Origin: Mytilus edulis
Lineage: Eukaryota
Assembly (NCBI RefSeq): GCF_963676685.1
Contig: NC_092356.1
Coordinates: forward strand, 72,602,001-72,666,000
Direction of reading: 5' to 3'
DNA length: 64,000 nt
A program made the position numbers and the translations under genes. This document shows positions 29,321 to 41,419 of the stretch, piece by piece; within the stretch, counting starts at the first letter, position 1, and every line of letters starts with the position of its first letter. Under the pieces are notes generated by a model. It did not search any database. It was not told the DNA's origin and saw nothing but the letters and a program-made list of their open reading frames with translations.

Positions 29321-31049
29321 AATATATATTTTTTACAATTTCGTTCGTCCGTTTTTTATCGACAAATGGTTCAGTTTTTTTTCGCAGTTTTAAGTAACGT
29401 TATAATAATATATATTATAGAATATACAGATACATATCTTTATTTCGTGTCAAACCATTTCTTGGAATTTGTGAAGCTTTTTATGATAAATGGAATATTT
29501 TTTTTCCCGATTGACCTATAGATATCCATAATTTGTTTTATAAACCAATTGAAATACCAAACACATGACGAAAAAACAGTCGCCGAAAAAACATATTCAT
29601 AGACAAACTGTTTGTACACACGTGCGTGATTAGCGGTCCATGGTTGAATGATCATGAATTTCAATCGATTACACAGATTGCAATCAATATTGAACGTGGC
29701 ATGTGTCGATAAAACATTAAATTTTGTAATTCTTAAAGATGTTATTAATATAAAATATTGAATTATTTATTTTGAAATAGTTTACTTCTATAATTCATTC
29801 CCTAGTGCCAATTATATCATATCGTCTGGTCCCTTGTACTTGCATCACTTTTTATTAAAATTGTCATAAGAATCTTTCGACAATTTCGATCACACAGATG
29901 AAGCTTTAAAAAGTTGAAAAATATTTTCACGAGTCCAACAGTTGACGTGCTTTCTTTATCATGTTTAAGCATGCGAAAATGTATTCTTAAAAAATCTAAG
30001 AGACACAGAAAACGTAATACTACTAGTATACGAAATCATTCAATTTTGCATAAAGATGATAACTCTAACTTTAAAAAAAAAAGTTCAGAAATATGAAAAG
30101 GAAAAGATGGACTTCTTTCTTGACCAAAATACAAAACTAGTAAACGGTGAATGTATATGTACTATGGTAGACTTTGTTATGATGACCTTTAACTTAATAA
30201 ATATTTATTTTTTATTATTTCAATCAACAGGTATACCTTAATTAAATTTTTTCCGGAATAGTAATTTCTTTTTCTGGAAAAGTAATACCAATTTGCGGAA
30301 ACGTAAAAACGCCGCTACTTATTTCGGAAAAGTAATGCACGAAAATGCGGAAACGTGAAATTGGACTTTTGGAGAAAAAAAATAACTACTAAAGGACATG
30401 TTAGCGCCGACATGAGTTGTAAGAAAAGATTTCCAAAACAACCATATCATTAAGAAGGAATGTTTACATGCTATACTCTCGTACTAGTATTACAGGGTTC
30501 TTGTGGCGTTTACCTTAGACACACATCTTTTTAACGATGTTTAACAAGAAAATCCCTATTTAGCGGACAAGCAATTTTTTTTCTTCTGTTATTGAATATT
30601 GAGAAAGAAAATAAATCCCGTAATTAATTTGGAACTTTGATACTCAATAGTTTCCCATCAAAATATTCACAATTAGTGTTCGTCCAGTGGCATACATAAC
30701 AATCTTATTTCTATATGCAATCGACAATGAGCAAAACCTTAACCTTGTAGTCATTTATAAAAGACCCGAAATGATAAATGTAAAAACAATTCAAACGAGA
30801 AAACTAACGGCCTGATTTATGTACAAAATGTGAAAATTCCTTGATAACCTGAATTTTCTTAATTATTTGCCTACAATATATAAGTCACTGTTTAAGAAAA
30901 ATAAAAAATAAAATTCTGGGACTATTATATTAACGTTAGTATAATAGTCCAAGAATTAAAGTGTTGATAAAATAAGAGCCTCACATTTGAAAGTTTTAAA
31001 ACATTTCGAAGATAAAAAAAAAAAAAGTAAAAAAATATACAAAACAGAC

Positions 31050-31265
31050 TTTTTCGTTCATTTTGTAACATGAATGAGGCAGTTAGTTTTCTCGACTGAA
31101 TTGTTTTACATTGTCATTTCGGGGCCTTGTAAAACAGACTATGCGGTATGGACTTTGCTCATTGTTGAAGGCCGTACAGTGACCTATAGTTGTTTATTTT
31201 TGTGACAATTTGGTCTCTTGTGAAATGTGGTCTCATTGGCAATCATACCACATCTTTTTTATATA
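31050..31265 (+). mobile_element. Family A 3' fragment
   Basis: ttgctcattgttgaaggccgtac..ttggcaatcataccacatctttt. Further short 3' ends lie at ~14272-14330(-), 16010-16095(+), 23755-23860(-) and 49555-49640(-). Confidence 0.75.
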
Positions 31266-31476
31266 TTTAAATCATTTTACAAGACATCAAATTGTTATTT
31301 TGTGTTACTGTTGCAGACAATTCGTTTCAAATATTAAAAATTATTTTAATTAAATGGAATTTTGCATTTGCACCCGCTTGAAAAAAATAAAAACATATAA
31401 AGAAGCAACATCGAAATTCTCTGTACTTTAAGCGGCATTTTCACATGAGTAAAATATAAGGTCAACGTTTGAAACT

Positions 31477-32008
31477 TTTTCAGTCTTGTTCCGTCTTGTT
31501 CCATAACTTTCAGTCTTGTTCCGTCTTGTTCCGTATTTTTCAGTCTTGTTCCGTAACTTTCTACCCAGTCGTATAAACGAATCGTCGACAAGTGCGTACA
31601 TTTTTTGGAACAACGTCAAAATCGTTGTTTTATTAGGAACGTCGTGTAACGCTAAGTGGCACCAATACCGTGCGTAACGTCAATATAAATCTGTGAGTTT
31701 ACTATGTCCACAACTTCGATGAACCAAAGCAAGTTAAACATCGACCTGTATCTACATCAAATTGGTTCTCTTCTTCTTCTTCTTCGTCTTCTTCTTTTGG
31801 TATACAATAGTCTATCGACATTCGATGATTACATACTGTTGGCATACGTGGACTAGTCTATTTACAAACTTTTACCCCAATTTATTCAAAATATATGTTT
31901 TTTTCTTATGTTTAATGTATACATGTATATATTTTAAATTGCGCTATAGTTCTGTAACTTTCTACCCAGTCGTATAGACGAATCATCGACAAGTGCGTAC
32001 ATTTTTTT
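31477..32008. repeat. 30-bp minisatellite plus a ~55-bp direct repeat ~400 bp apart
   Basis: tttcagtcttgttccgtcttgttcc x~3; gtaactttctacccagtcgtata.acgaatc.tcgacaagtgcgtacattttt at ~31553 and ~31954. Confidence 0.75.
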
Positions 32009-33376
32009 AAATCAATATTTCTGGTATGTTCCAATCTGTCCTTCACTATTGACATCGAGTATATATATTACATTTTCCCAAAGTCAACCTTGGAAAAAAT
32101 ATTTAAATAGATTGTAATTTCATCAAATCTTATTTTTTGGGTATTATTTATATTTTTATTTTACACCAGAAATGTTATTTATAAACAAGCGTATGAGTTT
32201 AGTTATGACAAGTAAGACAGAGTTGTATATTATACATCTGATAGTTCAAAATGGAAAGTTATAAGTTATCGGCCGTGTACACTGAATATTACCTGCAGAA
32301 GTGAAACTTGCAAGTCCGACAGGAAATCGCTTGAATACCTGGAAGTGTCACCTCACACCCCTTACAATACCTTTGGAAGTAATACCTTAAGCCATGCTGG
32401 TGATCAGATGAGGGAAGATCAGAATTTATTTGAAAAAAGTTTATTACTTTAAAGAATTATGAACAAATTATATTTTCGAAAACAATTTTCACGGAACACT
32501 TATTCATGATTTCAACTTTGACTCTTTACTTAATTCCAATATTAACAGTTTAAAAACAACAGACCATGGTAATTTAAAAAAAAATGCAAACATTTTCCGT
32601 ATAAAGTTAGTTAGTCGAATAAAACAACAGTACGATTGACAAGATATCGACACGCAATTACGACTACCTCCTTATTCTTTCAAAAAGAGATTCCCAGGCA
32701 ACCTCAGAATATAAAGTTTCAGGTTTTGTAAATATTAGTAGACCTGTTACTATTCTTGCGGCCTCTAATTGCAAATTTTCTAATTTCCAAGGATCCGTGT
32801 TGAAGGCTGTTCTTTGACCTATTCAATTTTTAAATAAAATATATTTAAACTAAACGCAGCCTTGGCTATAAAAAGCCTCAAATGTTGAAGGCTATTCTTT
32901 GACCTATTAAATTTATAATAGTCTTCAAATTTCAACAAAATTCCGCGTAAGGGACCACAACTTGGAAATGGAGATAGGTTTTTATAAAAAAAAAAAAAAA
33001 TCAAAGAGAAGACAGAGTGTGTAAAGTTTTAAAATTTTTGATGGATACGAACATTTTTCTCCATTGCCAAATCAACTGTAATATTAGCACTCATACCACT
33101 AATTATATTTATATCTATTTTCAGCATAGAATATCTCAGTTTGTTATTGTCGACATTTCTATTACATTTTCTTGATAAAACTTTTTAATACATGTATAAA
33201 CATTTTAACAAGCTCACCATATTCTAATTTAAGAGTTGGCGCCCATCAAAGCCATGCACACGAAAATATTTATAGGAAGAGAAATAAAACAAAAGCAAAA
33301 TGATTTGTCCTTTTAATCTCTGAAATTATCAGCAATAATGATTTTTTTTTAAAGTTTTAGTTACGAATGATATTCT

Positions 33377-35521
33377 GGGTGTGTCTAAACACTGCTAAGG
33401 AGTCCTTAGTGCACTAAGGACTGATAACATGCCACTAAGAACTAGATGGAGAGCTGTTACATGCAATTTCTTTTCATATTACGGTAGAAATTGATATTTA
33501 ATGCATAAATTTCAAATTTTATAGAAAAATAATAATAAATTAAGGAGATCATATTCAACATTATTTAGACACGTGCCTGTTTTTCTTTGATATGCCGAAA
33601 ATCCATGAACCGTTTGACACGTGTCAAATTACATATTAATTGATTACACGGGAATCCTTTTGGTAAAGTTGGATACTGATAAATGAATTGTTGTTGAAAT
33701 TTTATTAACAAAAAAATCTGAATGAAGAAGTATTTTCTCAAGTGTATATTTCTTGTAAATAATAAATTTGTCACCAGAGAAATATATCTAATGTCCGTGT
33801 TGAAGTTTGGATAACCGGCAGATGCTTGTTGCGTTTTCATTAAATTCATCTTGTTATTGGGCTGTGATAAGCCCGGTAGTACCGAAAAATTAATCTAATA
33901 TTTCGTAGCGTTCTTTGTCTCTTGAACCAATTTTATTTTTCAGGTGGTCGGACACATTATCTATAATGTGTTTTGTACCCGTATCTCTATTCTGTTTATT
34001 TTTTCTTGCAAGCGTGCTTTAATGTGGTGACAGGCGACGACGGACATGCGTTTGAACAATAGACTGGTTTGGAGCTGGAACACTTTAGTTTGTTTCTTAT
34101 GGTGCACTGTTCAAAATTTATTTTCATATATGAAGACATTTTAAGAAATGTATAACTGGACAAAACGAAACCAATAAGATAATGCATTTTTACTACATGC
34201 AACACACTAAGTTCATATATGACCCGTTTGAGTAATATATTTCGGGCCTTCAACAGTGAGTAAAGCGCATAGCACATAGTCATTATTTCATAAATTATTT
34301 CGTACGATATGTTAAGCAGACAATTTGTTAAAAACAATACAAATCGGATTTCCTTCTGACATACTGTCTCAGAAAAAAAATTCCTATATACCTTTTCTGA
34401 GACAAGTGCCTGTGATACTTGTTCTTCTTTAAGAAAAGTAGATTTAAAGAAATTATAGTTGAAAATATTTCTGTCGGCTTTTTCTTTTTTTCGCGTGATA
34501 TATTTAGGTTTAAATATTCTGATTATATTGCATTACAAAAAATAATTATTTACACATCATGTGGTAAAGGCATATTTTCAAGGCATTCATACGAAGCATT
34601 CTCTTTCTCTGTCAGAATTATATCTTTAGCTCTAAATTTACACATACTGAAAAATAATTCGTGAATACTGTACTAAAAACTGTGGAACATTTTTTAAATA
34701 TTTGTCTCTTTTATATATTTGAAAATGAAACTTAATGTGACTTAAAATCGGGAAATGATTTTTTAACTTCTTTTACTTTTAGAAGAATAATAAAATGTCG
34801 AAATATACAAACAAATAAGTACCGTATGAAGCCTTTGTAAACAAATATCAAGCTGGTTGAAAACTAGTGGTTTGGATAAACCTTAAGAACGACACATAAT
34901 TTTCTCTCTCTCAATTCCATCGTATTGTTTTAGTGAAACCATTTGTATATATACACGCATCTTTGTCGAAATTAAAATAAAAACAAAACACTTATCAATA
35001 TATATATTTATTTTGTCTTCATATCTCTTACATAACAAGCTGACCACACTCTAACTTATTAGTCATTTAGTAGGCGCACATCAAAGTCGTGCACCTGTGG
35101 CAAATAACTTTGTCGGGAAAGAAGTAAAACTAAAACAAAATTATTTGTTCTGTAATCATTTTTCATAAGAACAACACATTTAATTATAAATTAAGCATAC
35201 ATTTTTTTTTTAGAAACAATTGTTTATTACCTAAAATAAAAAGATTATGATTGTTTAATGAATTGTTTTGTCATTTGGCACGTGTCAAACGGTTCATTGA
35301 TTTTCGGCATATCAAAGAAAAACGGGCACGTGCTTAAATAATGTTGAATATCTTGTTTATTTATGATTATTTTTCTATAAAATTTGAAATTTATGCATGA
35401 AATATCAATCTCTAACATAATATGTAAAAATAATACACACAACAGCACTCCTTCTAGTCCTTAGTGGCATTGTATAGTCCTTAGTGCACTAAGGAGTCCT
35501 TAGCAGTGTTTAGACGTACCG
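33377..35521. mobile_element. Non-autonomous Mutator (MULE)-like DNA transposon
   Basis: ~270-bp imperfect TIRs (33377-33650 / 35270-35521) and a perfect 9-bp TSD TGATATTCT (33368-33376, 35522-35530). Confidence 0.8.
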
Positions 35522-36624
35522 TGATATTCTAGCCTAACGTGTTGATGTGTCTGTTGTCAGAGATGCACATAGACCTAGGTGAACAATACTGTCTTTAGTT
35601 ACATCTAGTGTTTAGTTCCATAAAATTTCAGTTATTATCAAATTTTGTTGAAGAATTTATTGGTGAAAGTTAATGTAAATGTTCAGTTGCAAATACTACA
35701 TGCATATTGAGGACACAATAGAAGAAGTATGGTTACTGGCAAATCTATCCAGGCATCTCCACAATAAAAATATCTTCACGGAAAGCAAGCTATACTAAAT
35801 AAAAAAATAAAAAACACTTATGTACGATTTTCAAAGTTGTTTAAGTAATTGTAGTGTATTGGATATACCCGTTGGACGCATGTTTCTGTCTTGTCATTAC
35901 TTTCAATGAAAAGCTGGTGGTATTCTTAGCCCCAACACCATGTGTTGTTTTAAAATTGCTTCTGATTTTCTTCACAGTTTTTGTTCAGATGGTGTCACAG
36001 TCATGTCTCAGTACTCAACAAGTCGGTTGAGTACAGGAACCCTGATGAGTTCAAAATGATGAGTCCTCTATGCAGAAAGAAAATTCCGCACATAGAGGCG
36101 GGCCTCTTTTGGTCACTAAACAATAATGAATAATAGTTCAGAGAAATGGTTGCTACACTAAACACTAAAATGCACTTTTGAACTTAAATTGAAGAAAAGC
36201 ACATGAGATTACCAAAGGATAAAGGTTTCAGCTTTGAGACAGGCGATGGATGTATACTCATGACTTTTGATATCTCAACCGGCCCCTATTCCTTTAGCAA
36301 ATGAGGAATAAACAACCACAATGCATTAACAAGAGAAAACTCGATTTACAAGAAGCCAGAGTCAAATGTAGAAATAGGTAACAGAAGAAACTACGCAAAT
36401 GGCAATAATAAACATAAAATAACAAACGGACCAGTAGCAGTAACTCAATGCAAGCTCCATGTTTGAAGTACACTTATCGGTAATTTGTGTCATTGGTAGA
36501 AAAATTAACAATTCTTAAACAATAATATCTGGGAATATTTGGTCTGCTCCAATAAAATAATATCCTTACCTACTACAAAAACATATAAAACTATTCTCTG
36601 TTCTTTGGTTGAGTTCACAAATAG

Positions 36625-37389
36625 ATTTTTCTCTAAGATATTTCATTCTCCCATAGGATATTTGTTTCTCCTATAGGATATTTATTTCTCCTATAGGATA
36701 TTTCTTTCTCCCATAGGATTTTTTTTCTCTCTTATGAGTTGCTTTGATCTCCCATAGGATTTTTAATCTCCCTTAGGATTTTTAATCTCCCTTAGGATTT
36801 TTAATCTCCCTTAGGATTTATTTATTACCCTTAGGATTTATTTATTACCCTTAGGATTCTTTTTTATCCCACAGGATATTTTTTTCTGTTATGAAATCCC
36901 TTAGGATATTTATTAATCCTATCGGATATTTTTAATCCCATGGGATTATTTTATTAGACTAATATCCTGTAGGATAAAAAATATCCTATAGGAAATGCTT
37001 TTATTTTTCCTAAGGGATTTTTTTAATCCTAAGGGCGAAACTATATCCTATAGGATATTTTTATTCTCCTAAGGGATTATAAATCCCTTAGGATTTAAAT
37101 ATCCTGTAGGATATAAAAAATATCCTATGGGATTATGACTTTATCCTATAGGATTTCTCAAAATCCTGTAGGATTTTTAAAAATCCTATGGGAGAAAAAA
37201 ATATCCTACAGGATTTTGTCACTATTTTCACTCCAGTTGCCGAACCGGGCGAGCCACACCAATTTTTTTTTGTATTGTGTTATTTATCCCCAGAGGTACA
37301 TTATTGCCAAATTTGATGATTCTACGACAAAAAAAAGTGCGGTTCCAATTTGCACTTATGAGAAGTGCAAATTAATCCAAGAACATGTT
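36625..37389 (-). repeat. Right arm of the long inverted repeat
   Basis: Mirror of 20931-21600. CTGA lies directly outside both arms. Confidence 0.85.
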
Positions 37390-39639
37390 CTGAGTTAATT
37401 GGACGCTTAAATTGTCGATATGTCCGAGTCGTTGAAATGAAGTATTGGAATGTCGATGATTTCTACTTTGTAATATAATGTATTTTTTTATTCATCTTGA
37501 CCGACTATTGCAGACTGTTGTGATTAGTCTCACTTATAAATAAAAGTGTCAAATCCGGGATCTCGATAATTGAATGTGTATATCGAAAGTCTGTAGTAAC
37601 ACTATGTAAACAAAGTAAACGTCATGTTTTCGAAGTACATTATGGATAAACCTTCAACAGTAACGCGAGAATTCAATAACTTGCGGTCAGACAACAACAA
37701 ATAGATGGTATAGTTCGAAATATCTGAGAATAATCTGAAAAAGATACCCAACTTGCAATGGATGATATTGCGTACAAGGTTTAAATCACGACACCAGACA
37801 AAACCTCCTTATACCCAGCTGACAGTTACTATAAACCCATAGAACCGGGTTCACATGGAGAATTGTATTCTGTCTTACTTATTCGTTACGGCATTGCACA
37901 ACTAAGCAATACAAACATATTATTAACTATATCGACCATAGAAAATATTCAGACTGACATAAATTTACAACAAAACATATTTTATTTTTATAACACCATG
38001 ATAGATAAAGGCAACAGTAGTATACCGCTGTTCAACCTATAAATACTGGCATAAAGTCAATATAAAAAAATGACAAAGAACATTATAAACAATTAACAGG
38101 GACATCAAAATAAAATTTTATATTTGTTTCTTTTCTTTCCTTGTTTGCGAGGGGTGATTTTGATTTACAGTCGGGGCACAGGTGTTGTTTGCTGCCTCAT
38201 GACATAATAAGCTAATAAGAAGACATGTTGCTTCCAAAAAAAAATATTATTCGACAACAATAGCAACATATGTATCTTCCCATTTTCGTGGATCGAAAAA
38301 AACATATTTTTTAAATATCTTCTTTCCACATATTTAAGAAAAAGAAATTATTCTGTTTGTAAACAATAAATAATTTACTGTGATCAAACACTAGATAATG
38401 CCGAAAAGAATGGGCATTACTCGAATTATAAAAGCTATATCTTTGTATAGCCTAGTTTGTGCAGCGATCAATCGACATATAGGTTTACCATAACTTAATG
38501 GTTGTTATGTAAGACATAATTCTAATGAGATGCCAACTTATGAATTTTTTGAATGGATATATATATAGAGAGAGAAGAATGCTCCTAATAAAATGCTCTG
38601 AACAAATCCCGATCTAAAAAAGAAAAAAACCTACCTAACAAAATCCCGTGAAAACGGTCCTGTAGTAATCCTCACACTTTAATTAAATCACGTCTATATA
38701 TATAACCTGATACTGTAATTTGGGGTTTGAATATAGAATCACTGATGTTTTATCCAATAAAGTTTCATGTTCAATTTCATTAAGATATGTCTGGGTACTA
38801 ACTGTGATATTAATGGAATGAAAACAATATTAATTAAATCTTCATGTAGTTTTGTTGTTGTCAAATTGGAAATTATTCCTTTATTAAAATATTATATAAC
38901 AGGTTAGCATTCCTTGTCTTTTAGATAAACATTACAACAAGGACAACGTTGGTTAAGAATGCGTACACATAAATAATTAACAATGTTTAATTCGTTTCTG
39001 AATTGAAGTCATCATGCATATTTATAGAGGTTTATTTTATTTGAGGTGCATAATTATCAATATTTATTACTAATTACTTATTTTATAACCTTTTAAAGTC
39101 GACCTTGAATATGCTCCGCACAGTATAGTAAACATTTTACAGACGGGAAAGAACACATCAACGACAATACCGTTATCAGATTTCTGTATTCGTGTAATTC
39201 TAACCAACAAATAATCATGTTTAACTCATTGTTTAAAAACCAAATTTAAAGAAGTGAAATTTAAAACGTGTATTAGACGGTATAATTAGAAATATCATGC
39301 AGTTGGTAAAATAATTTAAATGTTTTTTGTATTGAAAATAGAGAACCACATTTTATGATTTTATCGCGGACATTTGTCATTTAAACATTAGACAGACACT
39401 GGCGAAGGTCACTCTGATTCGAATTGCCATAAAACTATGATATGAGTTTTGATTTCTCATTGGTATCTTTCGCCTTTCATTTATCCTATTGTTTTTTGAG
39501 CGACCACAAAAATCCTGAAACTGATCTAAACCATTCAAAAATAAAGAAACTTTCCAGCCAGAAAAACATAATATGCAATTTGTTTAAATGCTTGTTCATA
39601 AAAGTGTTAGATGTTCGTTCTTTAATCGTTGTTATAGAT

Positions 39640-39900
39640 GTAAGATATGTCATTTTAATAAATTTCCTGTTACAAAACTTTTAATTTTTCGAAAAACTAA
39701 GGATTTTCTTGTCCCAGGCATAGATTACCTTAGCCGTATTTGGCACAACTTTTTGGAAAAATTTGGATCCTCAATGCTCTTCAACTTTGTAATTGTTTGG
39801 CTTTATAAATATTTTGATATGAGCGTCACTGATGAGTCTTATGAAGACGAAACGCGCGTCTGGCGTATAAAATTATAATTCTGGTACCTTTGATAACTAT
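39640..39900 (+). mobile_element. Hammerhead-bearing retrozyme unit (5'-truncated)
   Basis: Family body (ttcgaaaaactaagga..ttggcacaac..tcctcaatgctcttcaac), then the intact hammerhead, then the ggtacctttgataactat end. Confidence 0.8.
39821..39867 (+). ncRNA. Minimal type I hammerhead ribozyme, intact core
   Basis: GAGCGUCA-CUGAUGA-GUCUU AUG AAGAC-GAAA-CGCGCG-UC^UGGCGUA. Stem I GCGUCA/UGGCGU, stem II GUCUU/AAGAC, palindromic stem III ACGCGCGU. GUC cleavage after 39860. Confidence 0.85.
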
Positions 39901-40198
39901 ACATGTATTTATCAACAGTATATGTATTGATCGTAGTGTGTCAAATAGTTAACAGCTTTGTAAGATATGTTCTTTCTACACATGTATTTATCAATAGTAT
40001 ATGTATTGATCGTAGTGTGTCAAATAGTTAACAGCTTTGTAAGATATGTCCTTTCTACACATGTATTTATCAATAGTATATGTATTGATTGTAGTGTGTC
40101 AAATAGTTAACAGCTTTGTAAGATATGTCCTTTCTACACATGTATTTATCAATAGTATATGTATTGATCGTAGTGTGTCAAATAGTTAACAGCTTTGT
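39901..40198. repeat. 79-bp tandem repeat, ~3.8 copies
   Basis: acatgtatttatcaa.agtatatg.. at 39901, 39980, 40059 and 40138. Confidence 0.95.
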
Positions 40199-41419
40199 GT
40201 TATTCTATGTTTAACATTATAAAAAGAAGAAAATCAGAAAATAAGTGTTTTCTGTGAATTAAAATTGTGAAGTCAATCAAATGTCGTTATGGTTTGCTTT
40301 ATTGGCCTTTGTTTTGTTCCGTTAATTGATTCTTTTCTTATTGGTAGTCTTTGTAAAATATTTCCCGCAGCATTCTATGTACTTAATCTGTTCTGTCTTC
40401 TTGTATTAGATGTAATCCTATTAATTACATCCCTCGCAATAATTTCTTAAAGCCGGTTTATCCTAAGGGACTAATTTGACATTCGATATTCCAATTATAG
40501 TAATAATAAAAACTAATGCAACTCCTTTCAGCGCCGTAGTGCATTACTTTCATGTCAGTGATGTTACTCCAGTGTACCAGTCCATGAGTTTCTAAGTGTT
40601 CTTATTGTAAATTAATTTATAAAAAAAAATCGTGATTTGAGTAGGAGTATTTTATTAACCCTTGTCTCCTCAGACTGGACATTTATCGAATGTTAGATAT
40701 CGTTTATTTAAAATATAATTGCTTAGCGTTTTTAATTAAATTGGATAAAATTGACAATCACGATTAATTATTAAAGGTTCACACTTCAGATAACAACTTC
40801 CGATAGCACCTGAATTCCCTGTAGTTTACATTTATTTCAATATAAAATAAATAAACAATTTTGAAACTGGTTACACACATTAACCAAATTCTACTGAAAT
40901 ATTTCTAATATGCATTTAACATATAACTACACGATTTGTGAGTTAAAAATGAAAAAGGTTGAATCTTTTTTTCTTCATTTCCTCGCCATTAAAGATATAG
41001 AAATGTTTTACTCATACTCCTTCGGGACACAATTAAAATTGCCAAAGTGTCCTATGCAGCTTATTAGTTATCTCAATAACTACACTCAATAAGCGACTGA
41101 ATATTTTCTATTTCACTGGTAATACTATTCTGCTGTGTTTTGTCATTGGTACTCATCGTTTTAATCTTAGTTAATTGATACAGGTTGTCACCCTTTGAGT
41201 GATCTTAGATGTCATATTTAATATCTTTACAATGATCTGACATTTAAAGACCTGCGGTCATAAAACTTTTGAGTCAGTTTTTTATACTCATACTCGAAAA
41301 TCAACCAATCAAAATGTTGGATTTCATGTTTCAAGCATTTTGATTGTGCTCCGAGCACTGAGCAAAGATTTATGACTTCAATCCCAGACAATAATCTGAC
41401 ATTTAGTGACCATTATTTA

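Noticed and set aside
33996-34337. 113-aa ORF inside the MULE-like element as a transposase
   Set aside because: No recognisable DDE, FLYWCH or SWIM motif.
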